Of a stretch of 64,000 nucleotides of DNA, positions 46,846 through 56,330 are shown piece after piece; the stretch's first letter is position 1; the number at the start of each line of letters is the position of its first letter. A program made the translations under genes and the position numbers. The DNA is taken from positions 124,001-188,000 of the IMG/VR virus record IMGVR_UViG_3300045256_000050. One strand, written 5' to 3'. The notes under the pieces are model-generated. The model searched no databases. It worked only from the letters and a program-made list of their open reading frames with translations, and was not told where the DNA came from.

Positions 46846-48528
46846 CTACTTTCTGACCTTGATCGAATAGAGTTTCTTGCCCTGGAAGAACATGACTTGG
46901 GAGTCCCGAGCGGTCAAGATCATGTCGCCTTCCGTCACCGGATCGTCGATCTCTTTGACGCTCGGATGATCGACACGGAAAATCTCGACGTTTTCCTGCT
47001 CATTCATCAGCACGCCGATGCCCGTTGGAAGCCCTACGAAGTTCAGGGAGGGCACGGAAACGTCCGAGACGGTCCTGATCTCGTAGCTCCAGTCGGCAGC
47101 GAACCGCAGCGTGTGGCGAGCGTACTTGCCCGTCCGGTCCACGGTGATGATGCCCAACAGCCGGTTGTGGTAGCGGGCGTCCACCACCTGAAGCCCGTTA
47201 AGCTCCTTGATGGCGATCTGCCGGTTCTCCCGGCTGTTCGGGAAGATCGACGCAATCGTGGCGTCGAACAGGGTTTGGATCAAGCAGCCCTCGAAAACCT
47301 TCGTGGACTGTGGGATGTATGTCCCAACGACAGTGGTCCCGGCGAGAACTTTACTTCCCAGACCAGTGAAGGTAAGTTCCAGAACGTTCCCGCCGAGGAG
47401 GACGTACACCCGGTCGCCAGAGGTAAACACCTTCTCGGCGTTGCAGGTAATGGGAATCTTGTCGCCCGTCAGGATGTTCTGGATGTTCAGCGTGCCGTGA
47501 TCGGTCCACACGGCCAGCGGGGTAGCACCCAGGAATCCGATCTGGACGGGGTGTGCGAGTGCGACACGTCTGCCGTTCACATATGCGCATCCCTGGCACA
47601 GCACCACTTCCGTGCCCTGGCTGTAGCGGTAGCCGACGATCTCCTCGTCCAACTCCCGCAGCAGTTCGATGTCGAAGTTGTTGCTGCCCTTGATCGTCTT
47701 GACGGTCGTGATGACGGCGAGTTTGGCGACCAGATCGAACGGCGGCGGCACCCGCATCCCACGGTCCAGAACGGCCTCGTACCACTTCAGGTACACGTCT
47801 GGGATGACGGAGAGCGGCTGGCAGACGGCCTTCGGGTAGGTCACGTCGGGGTTGAGGACGGAGATGTTGGCCTTCATGCGGCCGTCCATCGCCGTGTTCT
47901 TGTCCGTGAACTTCGGGTGGTTCCCCTTGTAGGGGTGAATCCCGATGAACATCTGGAACGTGACGACGGCGAACGAGAACCAGTCCGTTCCTTCAGTGAA
48001 CTTGTTGTTACAGTGGCGGTCCCGGATGGACTCCATGATCGCCGTGGCCGGGTAGCTCGGCGTCTGGTACGAGTTCACGTCGATGAAGAACACGTTCTCA
48101 AGGGGAGCGTCCAGAAGGAAGTTCAACTCGTTCAGGTCTACGAGCAGAACCTTCTTCGAGTGGATGAAGCCGGTGGTCGCCTGCATCTGGCGGACCAGCT
48201 TCAGCACCATGTCCGGGGTGACGTTGTTCCGGGTGCGGAACGCCTTCGTGAACAACTGGCAGAGGGTGTAGGCGTCGGGCACGAGCTTCATCGTGTACCC
48301 GACATCGACGCCCTTCGTGTCCACGAGGATGTCTTCCGGCCGAATGATGTGCGGCTCGTCGAGGACGGCGAGTTCCTTGAACTTCTGCTCCGGGATCATC
48401 TTCCCCGGTTCGCAGACTTTGTAAACCACGCCGCCCTTCGAGTAAACCTCACCTTCCCCGCCTTTGGCGAGGAAGTTCCTCTTGTCGAGGTTCACTTCGA
48501 GACGCTTCCCCTTGAGAGTGAGCTTCAT
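46846..48528 (-). CDS. Ser/Thr protein kinase-like (TerY-P triad type) with C-terminal beta domain
   Basis: KGGEGEVY, VYK, HSKKVLLVDLNELN, FIDVNSYQ, DWFSFAV. Confidence 0.8.
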   Translation of the reverse strand: MKLTLKGKRLEVNLDKRNFLAKGGEGEVYSKGGVVYKVCEPGKMIPEQKFKELAVLDEPHIIRPEDILVDTKGVDVGYTMKLVPDAYTLCQLFTKAFRTRNNVTPDMVLKLVRQMQATTGFIHSKKVLLVDLNELNFLLDAPLENVFFIDVNSYQTPSYPATAIMESIRDRHCNNKFTEGTDWFSFAVVTFQMFIGIHPYKGNHPKFTDKNTAMDGRMKANISVLNPDVTYPKAVCQPLSVIPDVYLKWYEAVLDRGMRVPPPFDLVAKLAVITTVKTIKGSNNFDIELLRELDEEIVGYRYSQGTEVVLCQGCAYVNGRRVALAHPVQIGFLGATPLAVWTDHGTLNIQNILTGDKIPITCNAEKVFTSGDRVYVLLGGNVLELTFTGLGSKVLAGTTVVGTYIPQSTKVFEGCLIQTLFDATIASIFPNSRENRQIAIKELNGLQVVDARYHNRLLGIITVDRTGKYARHTLRFAADWSYEIRTVSDVSVPSLNFVGLPTGIGVLMNEQENVEIFRVDHPSVKEIDDPVTEGDMILTARDSQVMFFQGKKLYSIKVRK

Positions 48529-48540
48529 GTTGCCCTCGGG

Positions 48541-49026
48541 TTACTTGACTTCTTCCAGGGCCAGGATGCGGCTGCTGACCTGACGCCGCATCTTCCGGCT
48601 CATGGCTTCCACGTCCTTGTCCTTGAACTCGCCAGCCGTGGCGATCAGCTTGTCCAGGTCGGCTTCCAGCTTCTCCAGCATCCCGCCGACCGGACTCTCC
48701 GGGGGCGTGCCGGGGATGACCGTCGCCTGCTTGATGACCAGCTTCTTCTTCGGCTTTGGCCCCGGCTTCTTCTTGACCGGCTGAACCGTCCCCGTCGCCG
48801 CCGGGGTGCCGTGGGCGTGGGCCGGGCTGGCGAGCGGCTTGGCCTTCGCCTTCTTGTCCCGCCACGTCTTCCGGGCGTACTGGAAGAGTTGGTTGTTCGG
48901 CACGTCCATCCGGGTCGGGTGCTTCTCCTTGAACTGCCGCACCATCTCCTCGAAGGAGATGTTCTCGTTCTCCTCGAACATCTTGTGGATCAGAGCCGTC
49001 GCCGATTCTCGCTTCGTCGTGTCCAA
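48541..49026 (-). CDS. Basic hypothetical protein, possibly DNA-binding
   Basis: TTG start with GAGGG RBS; K/P-rich linker. Confidence 0.5.
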   Translation of the reverse strand: MDTTKRESATALIHKMFEENENISFEEMVRQFKEKHPTRMDVPNNQLFQYARKTWRDKKAKAKPLASPAHAHGTPAATGTVQPVKKKPGPKPKKKLVIKQATVIPGTPPESPVGGMLEKLEADLDKLIATAGEFKDKDVEAMSRKMRRQVSSRILALEEVK

Positions 49027-49036
49027 GATCGTGCCC

Positions 49037-49618
49037 TCAGTAGAGGTTGTTTGCCTGGACGTAGAGGTAAGTGTCGTGGAGGACAAGCTTGGCTGCCTCC
49101 GGGTCGTGTGCCTCGTACATCCGGCGGAAGTCAGAAGACGCCACTTGCAGGTTCGCACCGGCGAGGTACTTGTGGGGAGGGCGATGCCACCACTCGTTAC
49201 CACGGGTGTAACCGGCTCTGTCAAATACTACAAACGGCACCACGTCCAGTAAAGCAGGATAGCCAACCCACTTCTCGATTTTCAGGGCGTTGTCCATCCC
49301 GATCATCAGGTGGAATTGATACTGCGGATAAGCATCCCGCAGCAGTTCGTAGACCCCCATCGTCGGGAGTTGAAGCTGGTGCTTGATCTCGAAGTCGCTG
49401 GCTTTGGCCCACGGGCCGAGATGATCCACCATCAGTTCGCACATGCGAAGCCGATGGAACGGGTCAGACATGACCTTGCCGAACATGTGCTTGTAGCAGG
49501 GCATCACCCACACTTCGTCGAAGTGCGGGCGAGCCAGACACATGAGTTGCTGGTGTCCGATAGTCGGCGGGTCGGCTGCCGTGCCTAGAACTGCGACCGT
49601 CCTGGTCTTATCCGTCAT
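49037..49618 (-). CDS. nadD: Nicotinate-nucleotide adenylyltransferase
   Basis: DPPTIGH, DEVWVMP, LMIGMDN, VASSDFR. Confidence 0.85.
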   Translation of the reverse strand: MTDKTRTVAVLGTAADPPTIGHQQLMCLARPHFDEVWVMPCYKHMFGKVMSDPFHRLRMCELMVDHLGPWAKASDFEIKHQLQLPTMGVYELLRDAYPQYQFHLMIGMDNALKIEKWVGYPALLDVVPFVVFDRAGYTRGNEWWHRPPHKYLAGANLQVASSDFRRMYEAHDPEAAKLVLHDTYLYVQANNLY

Positions 49619-50414
49619 ATACCACTCCTATTCCGAAGTCATCTTCGTTGATGTAGTTGTATTCCTTGAACTTCTCGAACGCCTTGTGGCAACGCCTGCG
49701 AACGAACGTCCCAGCGTAACCCTTGAAAGCCATCACTTCGTTCAGGATGGAGTCGATCTCCACCGTGTTCTTCGTGATCGAGGTTGCGTTCTTCACCTTC
49801 TCGGTGAAGTGGCTCAGCCCGTCGGTGATGAGGGCCACCATGTCGTACTCGGCACGGGAGAAGGAGAACGCCCATCCGCTCAACCCGTACTCGATACCCA
49901 TCTCGTTGACACTCACGTCGTCGTCAATGGTCGTGACGACGAACTTCCCCCAGCCGAGCTTCTTCAGGTACTCCTCCCGGTCGCCGGGGGTGAAGCCGTA
50001 CTTCAAGTAGTACGGTCCGCCCGACGTGAACTCGACGGTCACGACCTGGAGTTTGCCGCTGCGGTGACGGGCGATGATGTTGCCGTCACCGTACAGGCAC
50101 CCGCCGAAGTTCGGATCGTTCTTCCTCATCGTCACCCACCCCAGAGTCGCCAGGAGCGAGTTCGGATCGAGTTCCAGACCGTGCCGGTGCAGGTCTGCGG
50201 CCTTGAACACCGCTTCACCGATTACACCCCCGGTCCGCTTCAGCGAGAGTTCGGCGGACTTCGCCAGCAACCGTGCGCCCCAATCCGTGTCCGGGGCCGA
50301 GGAACAGCCGTCGCAGATCACTGCGTAGGCCATGTCCTCAGTCAAACCCGACAGGGCGTAGTCCTGGCAGACTGCGTGCGTCGAACCGATGGTGTAGAAG
50401 GCGTCGGCGTTCAT
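49608..50414 (-). CDS. PP2C-family protein phosphatase
   Basis: GSTHAVCQDY, ICDGCSS, ITDGL, EDD. Confidence 0.8.
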   Translation of the reverse strand: MNADAFYTIGSTHAVCQDYALSGLTEDMAYAVICDGCSSAPDTDWGARLLAKSAELSLKRTGGVIGEAVFKAADLHRHGLELDPNSLLATLGWVTMRKNDPNFGGCLYGDGNIIARHRSGKLQVVTVEFTSGGPYYLKYGFTPGDREEYLKKLGWGKFVVTTIDDDVSVNEMGIEYGLSGWAFSFSRAEYDMVALITDGLSHFTEKVKNATSITKNTVEIDSILNEVMAFKGYAGTFVRRRCHKAFEKFKEYNYINEDDFGIGVVYDG

Positions 50415-52462
50415 TCAGGAACTCCAGAGAGCCACAGTGCGGGTAACACGTCAGACGGGGCACGCCAGTCGCCCCGTGGCGACAGGCCGACAGAACCGAC
50501 CTTCGGGCCGTCCGGGACACAGTTCCGCTTGAACTGGTTCTGAACGAACCGAGCCAGGAACGTCCGCAGGGCGTTCTTCTTCTCGCCCTCGGTGTAGTCT
50601 ATCGAGAACTTCGCCTTCGTCATGAGGTAGGCGATCTTCTCCGGCGGGAACTGGTTCCGCAGGAAGTTGAACAGGATGAAGTCGTGGAGTTCATACGCCC
50701 CCAGGACGCTCTCCGTCTTCTGGACGTGCTGGCCGTCCTTACCCACCGGCAGAAGTTCCGGGGATACAGGCGTTGCCACGATATCGTAGAGGACGCTGGC
50801 GAGCTTGTCCCGCTTCTCGTTACCGCCCTCTATCACGAAGTCGTCGATGCACTCGTCGGCGATGTACTTGACCACGAACTTCACGAGCGTCTTCGGCACG
50901 GTGCAGTTCGGGTTGTAGTTGCTCATGTGGTCGCCGTTGTAGGTACACCACCCCAGAGCCGCCTCCGAGAGATCACCCGTACCGACCACGAACCCCTTCG
51001 AGAAGAGTAACAGGGTCCGCAGACGGGCCTGGACGTTCTCGAACGTCAGGTCTTTCAGTTCTTCGGCGGGCGTCTCTTCGATGAGCTTGTTGATCCACTG
51101 GAACATCCCGTAGCCGTAAGGCTGTTCCTGACCGAATGGGGCATGACGGATCAGCGTCATCACGTCGCTGGTCAGGTGCGTGATCGGCATCGTGGACTGC
51201 GTGATGCCCAGCAGACGCATCAGTTCCAGGGCGTTCCCCTTCGTCCGCTCGGTCGTACCGAACCCCGGCATCGTTGCCCCGTGGATTCGGGTGTGCGGGA
51301 TGCCCAACTCGTCGCAGGCACGGACCACCGCCAGCAGGGCCAGCGTGGAGTCCAGGCCACCGGAGACGCCGATGACAAGCGGCGTACTCGGCTGGAGTTG
51401 TTCGATCCGCCTGCACAGACCGTGCGTCTGAATGCCGAAGATGTCCGAGCAGCGGGCCTGAAGCGTGGTCGGGTCACTCGGCACGAACGGGGCTGGGGCG
51501 ACGTACCGCAGCAGGTCCGTCCTGGGCGTCTCCGTGACCTGGAACCAGACCGGGATGTGGCGGTACTGGTGGTAGTCGTGCCGCCTCGACTGAGTGAAGG
51601 TGTTGGACTTCGCCCGGTCGTTGTTGAGCTTCATCAAGTCCACGTCGGCACGGGCGTAGGCGACTTCCTTGTACTTCAGCCCCTTGCCGACCCGCTTGGA
51701 CTCGTTGAGCAGGTTGCCGTTCTCGGCGATGATGCAGTGCCCGCCGAACACGACATCGCTGCTGCTTTCGGTGGAACCGGCCGAAGAGTAGGCGTAAGCC
51801 GCCACGCACCGGGCCGACTGGTTCTTCACCAAGTCCATCCGGTACTCGCTCTTGGCGACGAGTTCGTTGCTGGCCGAGAGGTTGACGAGAATTTGCGCCC
51901 CGTGGATGGCGGCGTGGGAGGAAGGCGGGATGGGCATCCACATGTCTTCGCAGATTTCGGCGAAGATGCGGACATCGTGGCCCGGCCGTCGGTCGTCGGC
52001 GAACATCAGGTCCGGGCCGAACGGGATGACCCCGCCTGCGAAGTAGACTTCGGTCGGACAGTTCGCATTCCAGGGCGAGAAGTGACGGCCCTCGTAGAAC
52101 TCGCCGTAGTTCGGCATGTACGTCTTCGGGACGATGCCGATGAGCTTCCGGTCTTGGAACGCCAGGGCACAGTTGTAAAGCGCACCTTCCACCCGGACCG
52201 GACAGCCCACGAAGACGAGGGGCGTGGTCGGCAGGTGCTTCCAGAGTTCGATGACGGCCTGTTCGGCGGCGTCGATCAGGTGCTTGTGGCCGAAGTAGTC
52301 GCCGCAGGTGTAGCCGGTGACGGCGAGTTCGGGAAAGACGATCAGGTCGGCGTCGGCTTGGGCCTGTGCCGCTTCGATGATGGATTTGGCGTTCATCGCC
52401 GGGTCGGTGACGTAGACCCTGGGCGAAACGGCCGCAATGCGGAAAAAGCCGAACTTGTCCAT
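50411..52462 (-). CDS. nadE: Glutamine-dependent NAD+ synthetase
   Basis: Nitrilase triad FPEL / PKTY / EICED plus SGGLDST, ENVQARLR, GTGDLSE. Confidence 0.95.
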   Translation of the reverse strand: MDKFGFFRIAAVSPRVYVTDPAMNAKSIIEAAQAQADADLIVFPELAVTGYTCGDYFGHKHLIDAAEQAVIELWKHLPTTPLVFVGCPVRVEGALYNCALAFQDRKLIGIVPKTYMPNYGEFYEGRHFSPWNANCPTEVYFAGGVIPFGPDLMFADDRRPGHDVRIFAEICEDMWMPIPPSSHAAIHGAQILVNLSASNELVAKSEYRMDLVKNQSARCVAAYAYSSAGSTESSSDVVFGGHCIIAENGNLLNESKRVGKGLKYKEVAYARADVDLMKLNNDRAKSNTFTQSRRHDYHQYRHIPVWFQVTETPRTDLLRYVAPAPFVPSDPTTLQARCSDIFGIQTHGLCRRIEQLQPSTPLVIGVSGGLDSTLALLAVVRACDELGIPHTRIHGATMPGFGTTERTKGNALELMRLLGITQSTMPITHLTSDVMTLIRHAPFGQEQPYGYGMFQWINKLIEETPAEELKDLTFENVQARLRTLLLFSKGFVVGTGDLSEAALGWCTYNGDHMSNYNPNCTVPKTLVKFVVKYIADECIDDFVIEGGNEKRDKLASVLYDIVATPVSPELLPVGKDGQHVQKTESVLGAYELHDFILFNFLRNQFPPEKIAYLMTKAKFSIDYTEGEKKNALRTFLARFVQNQFKRNCVPDGPKVGSVGLSPRGDWRAPSDVLPALWLSGVPE

Positions 52463-52508
52463 GATGTCCTCCTTGACACTAGGATACCGTTGGGAGCGTA
52501 GTTGTAAA

Positions 52509-53276
52509 TCAGGGCAGGGTCAAAATCTCCACGCCTTTCTCAGTAACGAGAACCGTGTGTTCGTACTGAGCGGATAGCTTACCGTCCGCCGTCCGAGCCG
52601 TCCAATTGTCGGCGTCGATCCGACAGTGCGGCGTACCGGCGTTAATCATCGGTTCGATGGTGAAGATCATACCCGGCTTCATGACCGGGCCGTGATTCTT
52701 CTTTGTCATGTAGTGATTGACTTCCGGGGCTTCGTGGAATTTCAACCCGACCCCGTGACCGGCGAAGTTGTACACGACGGAGTGGCCGTGAGTCAGTGCG
52801 TACTTGGTGATGGCGAAACCGATGTTGCCGAAGTAGTTACCCGGTCGGACTTCCTTAATGCCGACTTCCAGGCACTTCTTGGCGACTTCCATTACCTGAG
52901 CGGCGTGACGGCTGATCGGCCCGACGGCGAACATCGTGGACGTGTCGCCGAAGTAGCCGTCGAGGATCGTGGACACGTCCACGTTCACGATGTCACCTTC
53001 CTTCAGAATGGTTGTCTCTGAAGGAATGCCGTGGCAGATGACTTCGTTGATGGAGATGCAGCACTCCTTCGGGTAGCCACGGTAGTTGAGCGTGGCCGGA
53101 GTGCCGCCGTGATCCTGCGTGAACTGGATGACGAGTTGGTTAATCGCCTCCGTGCTGACGCCTGGAACAACGTGTGGCCGGATGAAATCGAGGGTTTGGG
53201 CCGTCAGCTTACATGCTTTTCGGATACCCTCGATCTGCTCCGGCGTTTTGATGATGATTTCTTCTGTTACGGTCAT
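52509..53276 (-). CDS. map: Methionine aminopeptidase type I
   Basis: CISINEVICHGIP, GDIVNVD, GYFGDTS, GHGVG, FTIEPMIN, SAQYEHT. Confidence 0.95.
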   Translation of the reverse strand: MTVTEEIIIKTPEQIEGIRKACKLTAQTLDFIRPHVVPGVSTEAINQLVIQFTQDHGGTPATLNYRGYPKECCISINEVICHGIPSETTILKEGDIVNVDVSTILDGYFGDTSTMFAVGPISRHAAQVMEVAKKCLEVGIKEVRPGNYFGNIGFAITKYALTHGHSVVYNFAGHGVGLKFHEAPEVNHYMTKKNHGPVMKPGMIFTIEPMINAGTPHCRIDADNWTARTADGKLSAQYEHTVLVTEKGVEILTLP

Positions 53277-53302
53277 TGTGCCTTCCCTGGCATAATGTAG
53301 TC

Positions 53303-54535
53303 TTACAAGTCTCTCTTTAGGCCAAGCCGCTTGGCGAATGTCCATTTCGCCACCTTGACGGCTTCGGGGTCGCCGGTCGCCTTCGTGTCCACGTCGCTGA
53401 TCTTCACCACCGGCATCCCGTTGACGGTCGCCAGCTTCATGACGATATTCATCGCCTTCGTGCCGCCGAAGGGAACGAAGTCGTTGGTGAAGTTCGTCCC
53501 GATCCCCGCTCCGACGGACTTGAAGCAGTTCTTGTAGAGATCGTACAGTTCGACCGCCTGCCCGGCGTTCAGGCCGTCGCTGAACGTGATCCCCTTCGTC
53601 TTGGGGTCGATCCCCAGCTTGCGGTAGTGGCTGAGAATCTTGTTGGCGAACGCCCGTGGGCAGCCGCTATCCTGCCGCACGGCGTCGTACTCATTTGCCA
53701 AGTGCTTGTCGAAGTCCAGCAGGAACACGTCCGTGCCGAACGTGTCAGGCAGGGCGAGCTTCGGCAAGCCGAGCGGCAGGTGCTTCAGCCACAGGTTGAG
53801 GGCGTGCTTGTTGGCGTGGCTCAGCCCTTCGAGGGCTGAGACGCCCATGTACCACTCGTGGGCGACGGTGCCCAGCGGGGCCATGTTGTACTTCTTGGCG
53901 AGGTAGACGTTGCTCGTGCCGAGGCAGTTGTTGTGCTTCTTGAACTCGGCGACCACGGCGTCCTGAATCTCGAAGCTCCGACGACGACGGGTGCCGAACT
54001 CAGAGAACTTGCACTCGCCCATGAACGTCGCCTTCGCCCCCTGGGCGGCGGCGTAACCGGCGACCAGCGATCCGGTCTTTCGCTTCAGGTTGGTCGTTTC
54101 GGCGGCGAAGGTCAACTCGCTGACGAGGGCGAGTAGTGGAACTTCCCACATGATCGCCGTCTTCCACGGGCCGGACACGGTGATCTTCAGGTTGCCCTGC
54201 GGGTCTTCACCAATGGCAACCTCTTCCGGGTTGTAGAAGAAGTTTTGGAGGAAGTCGATGTAGTTCCTCGGGAAGCCGAGGTTGGAGAGGTAGGCGAGTT
54301 CGTGGTCTTCCAACTTCAGCTTCGCCATGCTCTTGATGGCCTGCTGGAGCTTGTAAGGGATGACGCCGTGCTTGAAGCCGTCGGGCCGGGTGCTGCCCCG
54401 GTCGATGAACTTGTACGTCACCTGGGCGTCCGGGTATTCCTGAAAGACGGCGTTGCCCATCAGGAACTTGTACCAGTCGTTGTCCAAGATGGACGGGATG
54501 ATCTTGCATTCCGGGTCGATGTATTCCGTTGTCAT
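53303..54535 (-). CDS. pncB: Nicotinate phosphoribosyltransferase
   Basis: DNDWYK, EFGTRRR, GTSNV, GTVAHEW, RQDSG, FSDGL, GIGTN (PncB-type, not NAMPT-type). Confidence 0.9.
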   Translation of the reverse strand: MTTEYIDPECKIIPSILDNDWYKFLMGNAVFQEYPDAQVTYKFIDRGSTRPDGFKHGVIPYKLQQAIKSMAKLKLEDHELAYLSNLGFPRNYIDFLQNFFYNPEEVAIGEDPQGNLKITVSGPWKTAIMWEVPLLALVSELTFAAETTNLKRKTGSLVAGYAAAQGAKATFMGECKFSEFGTRRRRSFEIQDAVVAEFKKHNNCLGTSNVYLAKKYNMAPLGTVAHEWYMGVSALEGLSHANKHALNLWLKHLPLGLPKLALPDTFGTDVFLLDFDKHLANEYDAVRQDSGCPRAFANKILSHYRKLGIDPKTKGITFSDGLNAGQAVELYDLYKNCFKSVGAGIGTNFTNDFVPFGGTKAMNIVMKLATVNGMPVVKISDVDTKATGDPEAVKVAKWTFAKRLGLKRDL

Positions 54536-54632
54536 GGCTTTCTCCTCTTGTTATCCCATGATACCATCTTCGGGCAAAAAAGTAAGCCGTGGATTTCTCC
54601 ACGGCTTGCGCTTTCCTGGTTAAGACCCCGTG

Positions 54633-55427
54633 TTAGAACACGAGGCTCTGGCTCGGCCCCTTCGTGCCGAGCGCCTGGGACTGGCTGCTGATCGACTGGC
54701 TGACGAACTTCGCCAGCTTCGCCAGGGTCTTCTCGCTGGCGTCGTTCAGCGACAGGTAGGGGACTTCCGTCTCCTTCCCGCTGGCGTCCTTGACCTTGAC
54801 CGGGGTGAACCCGGCCTTCTGGGCGAACTCGGTCAGGTAGGCGTGCAGCCGGGGGTCGTTGACGTTCACCCCGATCAGGATCGCCACCAGGGACTCCATC
54901 GCCTCGGACTGCACCGCCTCCTTCAGCGCCTCGCCGACGTTGACCGCCGTGAGCAGCGAGGCGTTGTCGTCACCGTCGGTGATGACGAACACGATCCCGT
55001 TGCACAGGAAGTCGTTGGCCGACAGTTGCTTGGCGTAGGCGTTCGACGCCTTGATGGCGTTGTGGCTGCTGTCGAACAGGGCGGTCGTCGCCCCGTTGCC
55101 GGACTTCCCGTAGAAGCCCTGGTAGTCGGCCACGTTGCAGTTTTCGAGCAGCTTGAACCCGTGGAACTCGCTCATCTTCGTGCCGAACACGACGGTGCGG
55201 AGCATCAGGTTGTCGGCACGGGGGCTGTGGCGGCAGGACTTCACGATCTCCTGCGTGGCCTTCTCCATCTCCCCGGCGAACCCGGCCGTCGAACCGGACT
55301 CGTCGAACACGACGGTCGCCAGGGTGTACTCGGTCGCCTGGAGATCGCCGATCTTCGCAGCGGAGAATCCGTAGTGCGAGTTCGGGATGTTGAAGTTCTC
55401 CAGGTCGTCGTCGCCTACGAGGGGCAT
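54633..55427 (-). CDS. von Willebrand factor A protein, TerY-like
   Basis: MIDAS DESGS...TALFD...VITDGDDN. Confidence 0.8.
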   Translation of the reverse strand: MPLVGDDDLENFNIPNSHYGFSAAKIGDLQATEYTLATVVFDESGSTAGFAGEMEKATQEIVKSCRHSPRADNLMLRTVVFGTKMSEFHGFKLLENCNVADYQGFYGKSGNGATTALFDSSHNAIKASNAYAKQLSANDFLCNGIVFVITDGDDNASLLTAVNVGEALKEAVQSEAMESLVAILIGVNVNDPRLHAYLTEFAQKAGFTPVKVKDASGKETEVPYLSLNDASEKTLAKLAKFVSQSISSQSQALGTKGPSQSLVF

Positions 55428-55456
55428 GGTATTCTCCTGTGTCTTGTTTGAGTGAA

Positions 55457-55475
55457 GGGGCGGGTTTCCCGCCCC
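55457..55475. terminator. GC hairpin between pncA and the vWA gene
   Basis: GGGGCGGG-TTT-CCCGCCCC; no clear U-tract. Confidence 0.4.
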
Positions 55476-55487
55476 GTGGGTGTTGGG

Positions 55488-56291
55488 TTACGCCAGGAAG
55501 TCCGTCGTGGTCGTGGTCTTCATGCCACGGGCCACCATCTCCTTGATGAAGTCGTCCTGGTTCTTCTCGAACCCAGGGACCGGCGACGTGGCGTCGGTCA
55601 GCAGGACGAGCTTCTTCACGAAGCTGTCGTCCGGGAAGTAGTTCACCATGTCCCGGCCGGTGTTGGCGAGGCAGTGGCTCCCGGCCTCCCCGGCGAGCAG
55701 CACGATGTCCGCCTCGTTCACGGTCTGGAGGAACCCGGTGTTGATCTGGGTGCCTGGGTCGCTCGGGTCCGGCACGTCGGCCTGGATCGCCGAGTAGTGT
55801 TCGGTCAGGATGTTGCTGCCCTTCGTCACGAAGTCGATGCTGCCGAACCGCTGGTTCGACCAGTCCATCAGCTTCTCGTACAGGGCGGGCCAGACCCCGT
55901 GCCCCCACGACCCGATCAGGCAGTGCGGGGGCCAGATGCACAGCGGGTAGCGGCTGTTCTTCTCCAGCCCCTCGACGTAGGCGAGCGCCCGCTTGTACAG
56001 GCCCGGCTTGCTGGTCGTCCACGTCCCGTTCCGCACGTCGGCAGCGGAGATGATCGTGAACGGGTTCGGGTGCTGCCCGGCCGAGTTCTTCCAGAAGACC
56101 GGGTGGGCGATGTGGATCGCTTGGTGGCTGTCGAGGGTGACGTGGATGTCGTGCAGCTTGTCCCGCAGCCGCCCGACCATCGTCGCCAGCCGGTTCATGT
56201 CCTTGTCGGACCCGTTGACGTAGAGTGCCCCCTTCGGGTCGCAGAAGTCGTTCTGCGGGTCGATCACGATCAGGTGTGCCTTGTTCGCCAT
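55488..56291 (-). CDS. pncA: Nicotinamidase (isochorismatase family)
   Basis: IDPQNDF, LDSH, WPPHC, TKG, GEAGSHC (D-K-C triad). Confidence 0.85.
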   Translation of the reverse strand: MANKAHLIVIDPQNDFCDPKGALYVNGSDKDMNRLATMVGRLRDKLHDIHVTLDSHQAIHIAHPVFWKNSAGQHPNPFTIISAADVRNGTWTTSKPGLYKRALAYVEGLEKNSRYPLCIWPPHCLIGSWGHGVWPALYEKLMDWSNQRFGSIDFVTKGSNILTEHYSAIQADVPDPSDPGTQINTGFLQTVNEADIVLLAGEAGSHCLANTGRDMVNYFPDDSFVKKLVLLTDATSPVPGFEKNQDDFIKEMVARGMKTTTTTDFLA

Positions 56292-56330
56292 GTCAGCCTC
56301 CGGTAAAGGTTCGGTCTGTTCACCAGGATT

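Noticed and set aside
955-49386. Very long antisense ORFs (955-2430, 14797-17460, 21698-24115, 31480-32595, 46897-49386 and others)
   Set aside because: They mirror well-supported genes on the other strand and are expected from strong C/G third-position bias; the translations are V/L/R/D/G-rich with no motifs.
53303-54535. Calling the PRTase NAMPT (NARP2)
   Set aside because: EFGTRR and AHEW motifs and the presence of PncA and NadE indicate nicotinate PRTase.
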